From positions 1 to 64,000 of the IMG/VR virus record IMGVR_UViG_3300035698_029839: a DNA stretch of 64,000 nucleotides, one strand, 5' to 3'. The notes beneath the pieces were generated by a model, which was given only the letters and a program-made list of their open reading frames with translations, searched no databases and was not told where the DNA came from. The position numbers and the translations under genes were made by a program. Positions 30,982 to 39,546 of this stretch are shown piece by piece. Position 1 is the stretch's first letter; every line of letters starts with the position of its first letter.

Positions 30982-31120
30982 ATGTGATTTTTGTGGTAGG
31001 TTTATATCAATTAAAGATTTAGATGAAGGAAAAGCGTATATAAAAATGGTTACTCCTGATTCTCATTTCACAAAAGAAGAATACGAAACTAGTTGTAAAG
31101 AATGTAATAAGAAGGACTAA
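30962..31120 (+). CDS. Small Zn-finger protein (52 aa, not in ORF track)
   Basis: MKKKKFRCDFCGRF...SCKECNKKD. Confidence 0.5.
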   Translation: MKKKKFRCDFCGRFISIKDLDEGKAYIKMVTPDSHFTKEEYETSCKECNKKD

Positions 31121-31122
31121 TT

Positions 31123-32532
31123 ATGATTTTTGATAATAAAGATTATGTTCCGCTGCATTGTCATTCCGAATTTAGTCAATTTGATGGTTTGGCAAATATA
31201 AATGATCTAGCAATGCAAGCTAGGAAAATGGGTTTCCCAGCATGTGCTCTCACTGACCATGGTAATATTATGGGTTGGATTAAATGGCTTCAAGCATGTA
31301 GAGCCACAAAAGATAAGAAAGGTAAAGATATTCCTTATGCTCCTATTAAACCTATTCTAGGGTGTGAATTTTATTTATCTCGAAAGATGGATATAGGACA
31401 AAATCAAGAAAAAAGAGATACCGAAGTCATAAAAAAGAATCAACCTGATGGACGCAGGGGAAATAGACATTTAAATCTTTATGCTATGAATTTTGAAGGT
31501 TATAAGAATATATGCAATATGTCTCAAAGGTCTTATACGGAGGGATTTTATTACGATCCTAGAATTGATATCGATATGTTATCAAAGCATTCCAAGGGTG
31601 TTATGTGTGGTTCTGCATGTCTTTCTAGTGTTATTAATGCTAATCTAATGTATGGACGTTACAACCAAGCTAGAGAGACTTGTGGTATTTTAAACGAGAT
31701 CTTTGATGGTAATTTCTTTTTAGAGATGATGTACCATGGGATTAGTGAAGAAAAAGAAATTATTCCTTTAATTTTAAAATTGTCAACAGAATTAAATATT
31801 CCTGTTGTTTGTACCAATGATAGTCATTATATCCATAAGGACCAAGGAGCATCTCAAGAAGTTTTATTATGTATGTCTCAACAAAGATGTTTGAAAGATC
31901 CTAAAAGATTAAAATTCGGTCATATGGAATTTTATTTTAAGAGCGCGGAAGAAATGGCAGTTATGTTTGGACATGTTCCTCATGCTTTAACTAATTCTGT
32001 TGTTCTTGCTGAAAGAATAGATACTAAAGATATAGAGAAAAATCTTTTTGGAGGTATGAGACTACCTAAGTTTGATATACCTAAAAAATATAAAAATCCA
32101 TATGATTATATGTCTATTTTAGCATGGGAAGGAATGGAGAGAATTGGATGGGACAAAAGTAAAGAACATGTAGATACTTTAAAAATGGAATTAGAAGATG
32201 TGAAAGTTGCATATGAAAATAATAATTATGATTTCTCTACATATTTTTTAATAGTTAGAGATTATATATTAGAAGCTAAAAAGATGGGAACTTTTGTTGG
32301 TTGCGGCCGTGGTTCTGGGTATGCTAGTGTATTATTAAGATGTCTTGAAATTACTTATGGGGTAGATCCATTAAAGTACGGTCTTCTATGGGAAAGATTT
32401 TTGGGATTTGACTCCAAAAGGTTTATTAAAGAATCAGATTTCGGATTTGAAGAAGACTTGGTGCAACAAGCAGCAGATAGAGATTTGGAAGGAGATTTAG
32501 AGGAAGATTTAGGAGGCATTGATAGATATTGA
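31123..32532 (+). CDS. dnaE: DNA polymerase III alpha, fragment 1 (PHP domain and start of palm)
   Basis: LHCHSEFS.FDG, TDHG, PILGCEFY, TNDSHY, GCGRGSG, DPLKYGLLWERFL. Confidence 0.9.
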   Translation: MIFDNKDYVPLHCHSEFSQFDGLANINDLAMQARKMGFPACALTDHGNIMGWIKWLQACRATKDKKGKDIPYAPIKPILGCEFYLSRKMDIGQNQEKRDTEVIKKNQPDGRRGNRHLNLYAMNFEGYKNICNMSQRSYTEGFYYDPRIDIDMLSKHSKGVMCGSACLSSVINANLMYGRYNQARETCGILNEIFDGNFFLEMMYHGISEEKEIIPLILKLSTELNIPVVCTNDSHYIHKDQGASQEVLLCMSQQRCLKDPKRLKFGHMEFYFKSAEEMAVMFGHVPHALTNSVVLAERIDTKDIEKNLFGGMRLPKFDIPKKYKNPYDYMSILAWEGMERIGWDKSKEHVDTLKMELEDVKVAYENNNYDFSTYFLIVRDYILEAKKMGTFVGCGRGSGYASVLLRCLEITYGVDPLKYGLLWERFLGFDSKRFIKESDFGFEEDLVQQAADRDLEGDLEEDLGGIDRY

Positions 32533-32756
32533 TAGATACAGATATTAATTGGAATGAACTAACAGAGCAAGAGAGAGAGAAAATACTTCAAAAAATATTA
32601 TCAACAGAAGAAGGTCTAACTGCAATGGCTATGAGTATGGCTCCCTCGCAGAAGGGATATAAGGAAGCACAAGAAATATATATTAAAAAATATGGAAGAA
32701 TAAAAAAAGAAATACTTGTTCCTATAAATGATAGATTTGAAATATTGGATTTATGA
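32529..32756 (+). CDS. Small protein with RFEILDL tag
   Basis: Ends PINDRFEILDL; N-terminus similar to 32772. Confidence 0.6.
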   Translation: MIDTDINWNELTEQEREKILQKILSTEEGLTAMAMSMAPSQKGYKEAQEIYIKKYGRIKKEILVPINDRFEILDL

Positions 32757-32771
32757 AGGAAGAACTTACAA

Positions 32772-33065
32772 ATGGCTTTATCTGATTGGTCTGAAGAAAA
32801 CAAAGAAATAATTAAAAATGCTTTAAAAACGACAGAAGGAAGAGAAGGATTTAAAGAAGCTTTTTATGATACTGTAAATATTTCACTAGAAGATTATTTA
32901 ACGCAAACTTCTGAATCTTTAGGAACAGATGATTTAGAAAAGCATGTGCATAAAATAGTAGAAGATGTATCAGACATATTAGAAATAATTTATGAAAAAG
33001 ATGAAATAAAAGAAACAAAAATAGATAATCCTATAACTACCAGATTGGATATATTAGATTTATGA
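32772..33065 (+). CDS. Small protein with RLDILDL tag
   Basis: Ends PITTRLDILDL. Confidence 0.6.
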   Translation: MALSDWSEENKEIIKNALKTTEGREGFKEAFYDTVNISLEDYLTQTSESLGTDDLEKHVHKIVEDVSDILEIIYEKDEIKETKIDNPITTRLDILDL

Positions 33066-33319
33066 TTAAGGAAGAATTTAAACATGTTAAACTTTTTCCA
33101 ATGCAGGAAAATTTAATTGAAGAGATGGCAAAGGTTCAACCAATTGCAGACGAGTTAGAAGCACTAGGATATATCTATGCTCCGTACATTCCTTTGCAAA
33201 TATCTCTTACTCCTACTCTTAATATTTCTGATTTAATTACTCCCAAAAAATATACTATTAGGAAATATACAGATATTTATTCAGATATTGATAATAGATT
33301 TGAAATATTGGACTTATAA
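33062..33319 (+). CDS. Small protein with RFEILDL tag and a gp23-like GYIYAPYIPL peptide
   Basis: LGYIYAPYIPLQ; ends DIDNRFEILDL. Confidence 0.6.
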   Translation: MIKEEFKHVKLFPMQENLIEEMAKVQPIADELEALGYIYAPYIPLQISLTPTLNISDLITPKKYTIRKYTDIYSDIDNRFEILDL

Positions 33320-33321
33320 TT

Positions 33322-33642
33322 ATGAAATACAAAGTTGGCGACATAGTAAAAATAAAAACATGGGAAGCTATGGGGAGAGAGTTTATTTTTACGACTAGTG
33401 GGAATATATCAATACATAAGACTTCTCAGTATTCAACAGGGATGGAAGATCTTTTAAAAGAGATAGATACTAATAGGGTAGTAACAATATTAAAAGTGAT
33501 AGATAATGTTGTTCCCCCCAGAATACCTCATTACAAGATAGAAGAATTTGATGCTACATGGGTTTGGACAGATGAGATGATAGAGTGTAGTGCAGTGCCA
33601 GCAGTGCCGATACAAGACAGATTTGAGATTTTAGATTTATAG
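33322..33642 (+). CDS. Small SH3/KOW-like protein with RFEILDL tag
   Basis: YKVGDIVKIKTW...WVWTDEMI; paralog of 14576. Confidence 0.62.
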   Translation: MKYKVGDIVKIKTWEAMGREFIFTTSGNISIHKTSQYSTGMEDLLKEIDTNRVVTILKVIDNVVPPRIPHYKIEEFDATWVWTDEMIECSAVPAVPIQDRFEILDL

Positions 33643-33678
33643 TTTGTAAAGTGAAAGTTATTTTAATATATTTAAGTA

Positions 33679-34722
33679 ATGGCAGAAATCGAAACAAGAA
33701 AAAAAGAGATAATAGAATACGTTACTAAAAAACATTCTAAGAGCGACAAGTTATCTAAAATTATTTCAAAAGTTAAAGAAGAACTTGATGTTTTGGGATC
33801 AACTGATGGCTTAGAAGCAAAGAATAATTTAGAAGTATTTTATAATATATGGAAAAGTCATAAGGGCAAAGTAGGTCATAAGAATGATATAAATAGCTGG
33901 ACTGCTTTCTTTTTAGGCTTAACCAAAGTCAAACCTGATAAGGATTTTCTTCCTACCAGACGCGCTTTTGCAAGAGCTGGATTCCCTGATATTGATACTG
34001 ATTTTGATTATGAGAGCAGGGATAGTGTTTATACTTATATTATTGATAAATATGGTAGGGACAATGTGGGAAATATAGGAACTCATGGTTTGTTAAGATT
34101 TAAATCATGTGTCACTCGAGTTACAAAAGCCTTAGATTTAGCTAATGCTTATCATAAGGGGGACAGTCTTTTTGTTAGTGAGAATGCTGCAAAAGTGACT
34201 GAAATTTTATCACCTTTTCCCAAAAAAGGATTATTAAAAGTTACAGATGAAGATGGAGAAAGTCATCTTATAAAAACTTTTGAAGATGCATATGCGCATT
34301 GCTCTGATTTTAAGCACTATGTAGATAAGTATAAAGATAGTGGTTTTAAAAAATACATGGAACAAATTGAAGGCACTTTTGCTAATTTTGGATGTTTAGC
34401 AAAGGATACTCCTATTCTGACCGATGGAGGATGGAAAAGAATTGACCAGCTTTCTACCAAATTTTCTATAGCTTATATTAATAAGGATGGGGAAATTTCT
34501 TATACTGATAGATATAAAGCATTTAAAACAGGTAGAAAAAAAGTATATAGATTAAAACTTAAGGACGGTAGATTTATAGATGTGACTGATGAGCATCTTA
34601 TTTTTACAGATAAAGGATGTGTTAAATTTGAAGAAATTAGAAAAAATAAAGAAAATTATAAAATTTATGGAATAAAAAAGGATTCTTTGAAGAATGATAG
34701 GATTACTATACCAGCAGTGTGA
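33679..34722 (+). CDS. dnaE: DNA polymerase III alpha, fragment 2 (catalytic PDIDTD) fused to split-intein N-half
   Basis: FPDIDTDF...YIIDKYG...EGTFANFG, then CLAKDTPILT...VTDEHLIFT. Confidence 0.88.
   Translation: MAEIETRKKEIIEYVTKKHSKSDKLSKIISKVKEELDVLGSTDGLEAKNNLEVFYNIWKSHKGKVGHKNDINSWTAFFLGLTKVKPDKDFLPTRRAFARAGFPDIDTDFDYESRDSVYTYIIDKYGRDNVGNIGTHGLLRFKSCVTRVTKALDLANAYHKGDSLFVSENAAKVTEILSPFPKKGLLKVTDEDGESHLIKTFEDAYAHCSDFKHYVDKYKDSGFKKYMEQIEGTFANFGCLAKDTPILTDGGWKRIDQLSTKFSIAYINKDGEISYTDRYKAFKTGRKKVYRLKLKDGRFIDVTDEHLIFTDKGCVKFEEIRKNKENYKIYGIKKDSLKNDRITIPAV
34393..34719 (+). mobile_element. Split intein, N-fragment (109 aa)
   Basis: Block A CLAKDTPILT, block B DVTDEHLIF; no C-terminal HN in this ORF. 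Confidence 0.85.
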
Positions 34723-34743
34723 TTTCTTACAGGAGGTATAGTA

Positions 34744-35604
34744 ATGAATAAATGTAAAATTTGCGGTAAAGAATTTAATAAAAGAATTTCTTTAGAGAGA
34801 CATATAACTAGTTCTTATGGTAAAGAAAAGAAAAAAAAGCATTGTCCTATTTTAGTTTATAAGTGGAAGTATGAGAAAAATAATAGATTTTCTAAAAAAA
34901 GTTTGATTAAGATGTATATAAAAGATAAAAAATCTACGCCTATGATGAAAGAAGAGTTGCAAATTAATAAAAAAACTCTTTTAGATACTATGCATTTTTA
35001 TAAAATTAAAATGAGAAGTATATCGGAAGCTTCTAAAAACCAGATTGAAAGGGATGGCTTGTGGAATAAAGGGCTTACTAAGAGGGACCATCCATCTATT
35101 ATGTCTTATGCTAAGCAAAGAAAAGGGAGAAATAATCCTTATTATACTGCTCCTAATTTTGAAAAAAGAAAGAAAAGAAATTTGGAGATATTAAAAAAAA
35201 CTTGGAAAAGTTTTAATGGAAAAAGGAATCCTAAATCCACAGAAAGAAGAATGGCTAAGATTTTAGACCAAAATAATATATATTATATTAGAAATTTTTC
35301 ATTAAATTATTATGAAAATGGGAAAACCAAATGGAGATTATTTGATTTTTTTATTGAGGGAAAATTATTAGTAGAAATGAATGGTAATTATTTTCATGCT
35401 AATCCTAAAATATATAAAGCAGATGATGAAATAGTTATAGCTAAAAGCAAGAGAAAAGCGAAAGATATATGGGAATATGATGTTAAAAAAATGAAGCTGG
35501 GCAAAGATAGTGGCTATAAAACATTAGTTTTGTGGGAAGCGGATTTTGTAGAGATGACAGATAAAGAAGCAATAAAAGAAATTAGGAGTTTAATAGATGA
35601 TTAG
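34744..35604 (+). CDS. Free-standing homing endonuclease (Vsr/DUF559-like nuclease domain)
   Basis: NUMOD-like WNKGLTK, GRNNPYY; STERRMAKIL...FDFFIEGKLLVEMNGNYFHANP...LVLWE. Confidence 0.75.
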   Translation: MNKCKICGKEFNKRISLERHITSSYGKEKKKKHCPILVYKWKYEKNNRFSKKSLIKMYIKDKKSTPMMKEELQINKKTLLDTMHFYKIKMRSISEASKNQIERDGLWNKGLTKRDHPSIMSYAKQRKGRNNPYYTAPNFEKRKKRNLEILKKTWKSFNGKRNPKSTERRMAKILDQNNIYYIRNFSLNYYENGKTKWRLFDFFIEGKLLVEMNGNYFHANPKIYKADDEIVIAKSKRKAKDIWEYDVKKMKLGKDSGYKTLVLWEADFVEMTDKEAIKEIRSLIDD

Positions 35605-35845
35605 CGAAGAAAATGAATTGCCTGAAAAATTTAAAGAAGTAATGCATCGTGCTTTTAAAGATTGTGACGAATTTTATAATGAAATTAGGGATATTCCTAT
35701 TAGTAAAGTAAAAGATTTAACAAATATAATAAAACTTTTTAAATCAAATATCTCAAATGAAAATGAGCAGAGTTATATTATAGACGGAAAAAGGGTTTTC
35801 AACCTGGCCGATATTAAAGAGGTTCAAAAAAAATATAATGAGTAA
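35597..35845 (+). CDS. Hypothetical protein inside the split-intein locus
   Basis: ORF overlapping both neighbours. Confidence 0.5.
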   Translation: MISEENELPEKFKEVMHRAFKDCDEFYNEIRDIPISKVKDLTNIIKLFKSNISNENEQSYIIDGKRVFNLADIKEVQKKYNE

Positions 35846-35978
35846 TTTAAATTTGTTTAATATAGAATCAATTGAAGAATTAGATTTTGAAGATGTTTAT
35901 GATATTTCAATAGATGAAGATTGTGTTTTTTTTCAAAACGAGCATAATTATATAGCAAATAATATAGTTGTTCATAAT
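35838..35978 (+). mobile_element. Split intein, C-fragment (47 aa)
   Basis: VYDISI...HNYIANNIVVHN followed by Ser+1. Confidence 0.88.
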
Positions 35979-37685
35979 TCTCATGCTGCGGGTGTGGTCG
36001 TATCGGATGTCCCTCTTGATCAAATAGCTCCATTAAGAAATGCTAGGAAGGGAATGCTGGCTACTCAATTTCCTAGTGAAGATTTAGAACTTCTCGGTCT
36101 TATCAAATTTGATGTTCTGGCTATAGCCACTTTATCAGTTATTAAAAAAGCAGTAGAAATGATAAAAGAATATTGGGGGATAGAGATAGATGTAGAAAAT
36201 CTTCCTATGAATGATGAATCTACATTTGAAATTTATCGCAAGGGGAATTTGGGAGGAGTTTTTCAATGCGAAAAACATGGTATGCAAAAAACTATGAGAG
36301 ATATAGGGGTAGATCGTTTCGAAGATGTTATAGCTGGACTAGCACTACATCGTCCAGGCCCTATGGATAGTATTCCTGAGTATTGTGCCAGGAAACACAG
36401 GGAAAAAGATGTTGATTATTTTCATCCCTCAATTGAGCCATATGTAAAGCCTTATTTAGAAAGTACTTACGGTGTCCTTTGCTTCCAAGAACAGGTTATG
36501 CAAATTTGTAATAGTCTTGCTGGTTTCACAATTACTGATGGATATATTATGATAAAAGCGATTGGTAAGAAAAAAGAGCACTTGATGAAAAGATTCGAAG
36601 AACAATTTATTTCTGGTTGTGTAGAAAAAAAAGTTCCCCAACATGTTGCTCAGCAGTATTGGACTAAGTTTATTACTCCATTCTCATCTTATGGGTTTAA
36701 TTTGTGTCTTGATGGAAGCATGAGTGTTAAAAATAAAAAAGATGGAGAAATTTATGAAATTGAAGAATTAGAAAAAGAATTTAAAAAAGGAAATAAATTA
36801 GAAATTGTATTGGATAGTTATAAGGGAGGGCTTATTGTGGAAGATATAGTTGTTGATATATTTTGCACAGGTAAAAAAGATATTTATGAAATAGAATTGG
36901 ACAATGGGTCTATTTTAAAATGCACTTTGGATCATAAGTTTATATGTGATGATGGCAACGAGCATACAGTAAAAAAGATTATGGAAGAAGATTTAAATAT
37001 TTTATATTTTCAAGAAAATATGAAAAAGTGCAAAATAAAATCAGTTAAATATCTAGAGAAAAAAAAAGCATTTAATTTAACCATGAAATCAGGACAGCAT
37101 AATTATGCTCTTTATGATATGAATAACAAATGTAGTGTTATAAGTCGTAATTCTCATAGTGCATGCTATGGTTATAACTCTTATACAACAGCATATTTAA
37201 AAGCTAATTATCCTGATGAATTTATATGTTCTTTATTAGATGTGACGATAAGTGGTTCTCAAGGAGAGAGATATGATAAGGTTGCTGCATTTGAGAGAGA
37301 ATTTAAAAAGAAGATGAATATTAAATTTCTTTCCAGAGATATAAATAAATCAAAAGTATTGTTTACTATTGAGAAAAGAAAAGATCTTTCAGAAGGCGTG
37401 AAAAAAACAGAAATACGCCCTAGTCTTTTATGTAAGGGGCTTTTGAAAAAATCAGCTATGAATATAGAAGAAAATCAACCATATGATGATATGAGAGATT
37501 TTGTTAGAAAAACTAATTCGTCATTAATTGATATAAGGGTAGTGGAGGCTTTGACTACAGGTGGATATTTCGGGAAAAAGTATATGGAAGATCCATCTGT
37601 TATTGTGAAAGATTTTGTGATGATTAGAGAAGATATGAAAAAAACTGCTAAAAAAGGAGTAGAAACTGTCGATTTATTTGCATAA
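35838..37685 (+). CDS. dnaE: DNA polymerase III alpha, fragment 3 with N-terminal split-intein C-half and an internal mini-intein
   Basis: SHAAGVVV, GLIKFDVL, GVFQCE, RPGP, TYGVLCFQEQVM, YGFN|SHS, YLKANYP. Confidence 0.9.
   Translation: MSNLNLFNIESIEELDFEDVYDISIDEDCVFFQNEHNYIANNIVVHNSHAAGVVVSDVPLDQIAPLRNARKGMLATQFPSEDLELLGLIKFDVLAIATLSVIKKAVEMIKEYWGIEIDVENLPMNDESTFEIYRKGNLGGVFQCEKHGMQKTMRDIGVDRFEDVIAGLALHRPGPMDSIPEYCARKHREKDVDYFHPSIEPYVKPYLESTYGVLCFQEQVMQICNSLAGFTITDGYIMIKAIGKKKEHLMKRFEEQFISGCVEKKVPQHVAQQYWTKFITPFSSYGFNLCLDGSMSVKNKKDGEIYEIEELEKEFKKGNKLEIVLDSYKGGLIVEDIVVDIFCTGKKDIYEIELDNGSILKCTLDHKFICDDGNEHTVKKIMEEDLNILYFQENMKKCKIKSVKYLEKKKAFNLTMKSGQHNYALYDMNNKCSVISRNSHSACYGYNSYTTAYLKANYPDEFICSLLDVTISGSQGERYDKVAAFEREFKKKMNIKFLSRDINKSKVLFTIEKRKDLSEGVKKTEIRPSLLCKGLLKKSAMNIEENQPYDDMRDFVRKTNSSLIDIRVVEALTTGGYFGKKYMEDPSVIVKDFVMIREDMKKTAKKGVETVDLFA
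36705..37151 (+). mobile_element. Contiguous mini-intein in DnaE (149 aa)
   Basis: CLDGSMSV...CTLDHKF...VISRN|S interrupts the YGFNL-SHS motif. Confidence 0.82.
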
Positions 37686-37728
37686 AAGTTTGAAAAGTGA
37701 TTGTTATTACATTAAAAAGTAGTTGTAT

Positions 37729-37935
37729 ATGAACATAATAAAATGTCCTGAATGTGGAAGTGAAGATTTGTTTGTATATGACATCGATGGGTGTATTAAA
37801 GAGGGTAGAATTATCGAAGAAACGGAGTGCTTGAAATGCAATCACATTTTTACCGTAAAAGCAGAATTATCTAAAATAGAAATAGAGATAGAAAAGGAGA
37901 TAAAAAAATGCCAGAAGAACATAAAACTACTTTAA
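37729..37935 (+). CDS. Small Zn-ribbon protein
   Basis: CPECGS...CLKC. Confidence 0.5.
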   Translation: MNIIKCPECGSEDLFVYDIDGCIKEGRIIEETECLKCNHIFTVKAELSKIEIEIEKEIKKCQKNIKLL

Positions 37936-38222
37936 GATTAGAGATAGATAAAACTATCCAGCCAAAACAATATGAGCCGATTAAGATTCAATTATCTATT
38001 GAAGAAAGTCTTTTTTGGAAAGACGAAAAAGACAGAGAAGAGAAAATAAAATTTTGTTCAGAAAAAATTACAAAAGATTTTATTAAAGCCTTTGATCATG
38101 TTGTTGCAGAAATAGGAGAAAAGGATAGATGTATTGCAATAGTAAATGGTTCTGGAAAAGTTACTGATAAAAAAGAACAAGTTGTTTCTTCTTCTCCTGA
38201 AGAAGAATGGGACTTTAGTTAA
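37908..38222 (+). CDS. Hypothetical protein
   Basis: AAGGAG RBS; KQYEPIKI motif; acidic W tail. Confidence 0.55.
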   Translation: MPEEHKTTLRLEIDKTIQPKQYEPIKIQLSIEESLFWKDEKDREEKIKFCSEKITKDFIKAFDHVVAEIGEKDRCIAIVNGSGKVTDKKEQVVSSSPEEEWDFS

Positions 38223-38236
38223 AATAGGTGTGAATT

Positions 38237-39457
38237 ATGACAAATGAGAATAGTTTACAAGAATTTGAAGATATGTTCAATCTATCTTCTAAAGATGAGG
38301 AAAATGGTCAAGCAGAAGAATATGGACATAGCATGAATTCTAAAGAACCATTTGAAAAGTTAGTAGAAGATGTAAGAGAGGATATAAAACAAGTTGAAGA
38401 TAAGGGTAGTTCTTTAGAAGTTGAAGATAAGGGTAGTTCTTTAGAAGTTGAAGACAAGGGTATTTCTTTAGAGGTTGAAGATCCTCATGATATTGTTAAG
38501 GATGTTGCGTCAAGAAGTAGTGAAGATGACCAAGATATTGTAAGCCCTGTTGAGGGTGTAGCTAATGTTGAAGAAGAAGATTTTGATTCTCTGCCCGACC
38601 AAGAGATAAAAACAGAAGAGATAAGAGAAATAGTAAAAGACATCAACGATTTTCATAGTGATATAAAAGTTGAAGAAGAAAAAGAGCAAGAAGAAAAAAA
38701 GAAAGAAGAGACAGAGAAAAAAGAGACGGAGAAAAAAGAGACGGAGGATGGGGAAACATCTCCTCTTGATAAGATTACCGTAGAAAGTTTCTCCATACTT
38801 GATGGTGACAAGATTAGATGGTCTTTAAAAAGTCCTTCTACTATGTACGATCCTTTTTATAGGCAAAAGAAAATAGTATTAGATAGTTGTCTTGCTGGGG
38901 GGCAGGTAGAATGCTCTTCGTGGAATGAAGAATTAAGAGATGCTCAAGTTAATGTAATTACTGAAGTTTTTGATCAACAAGTAATTATCAAACAAATGGA
39001 AGAAGTACAGCAGTTTAGAAATAGGGTTAAGTATATTGGTGTTAGAGTTAATAACCAATATTTCTTGTTCGATAGGTTTACACCCTTGTTGAGGGGATAT
39101 CTGGCAAGAATTCAATATTTAAAACCTGTTCTTAAGCAAGATGGTCTTATTTTAGAGCATATGGGCGATGTTGAAATGTATTTTGAAAGGTTGAGGGGTT
39201 TGCATAAATCTGTTGCTGATACAGAAAAGAATTTAGCAGCGGCTTATGAAATGCTTAGTAGAAAAGTAACTATTTGTATGGAACTTCCCCCTGTTGAAAG
39301 ATATAACAAACCAGAAGCTACACCATATCATTCTAAATTTTCAACTTCCAAAGAAATTACACCTTCGGAACTGGACGATTTTGATAATCTTCCTGACCAT
39401 GCTGAGGCAGGCCCATTAGAGAAAAAGAGTGGGGCAATTAGTTGGAACGAAATTTAA
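38237..39457 (+). CDS. Hypothetical protein (acidic low-complexity N-half, helical C-half)
   Basis: ORF track; lies upstream of SSB and RecA. Confidence 0.6.
   Translation: MTNENSLQEFEDMFNLSSKDEENGQAEEYGHSMNSKEPFEKLVEDVREDIKQVEDKGSSLEVEDKGSSLEVEDKGISLEVEDPHDIVKDVASRSSEDDQDIVSPVEGVANVEEEDFDSLPDQEIKTEEIREIVKDINDFHSDIKVEEEKEQEEKKKEETEKKETEKKETEDGETSPLDKITVESFSILDGDKIRWSLKSPSTMYDPFYRQKKIVLDSCLAGGQVECSSWNEELRDAQVNVITEVFDQQVIIKQMEEVQQFRNRVKYIGVRVNNQYFLFDRFTPLLRGYLARIQYLKPVLKQDGLILEHMGDVEMYFERLRGLHKSVADTEKNLAAAYEMLSRKVTICMELPPVERYNKPEATPYHSKFSTSKEITPSELDDFDNLPDHAEAGPLEKKSGAISWNEI
38393..38482 (+). repeat. 27-bp in-frame tandem repeat, about 3.3 copies (VEDKG[S/I]SLE)
   Basis: GTTGAAGATAAGGGTAGTTCTTTAGAA units. 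Confidence 0.9.
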
Positions 39458-39546
39458 TTTTAAAAAATAAAAATCACTTCAAAAGTGATTGTAAAAAGAT
39501 TATAAAGTATAAAGTAATTTAAATTTTTAGATAGGAGTAAAAAATT

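Noticed and set aside
32530-32535. Stop-codon reassignment or readthrough joining the DnaE fragments
   Set aside because: TGA is followed immediately by TAG, all three stops end genes normally elsewhere, and intact genes fill the gap.
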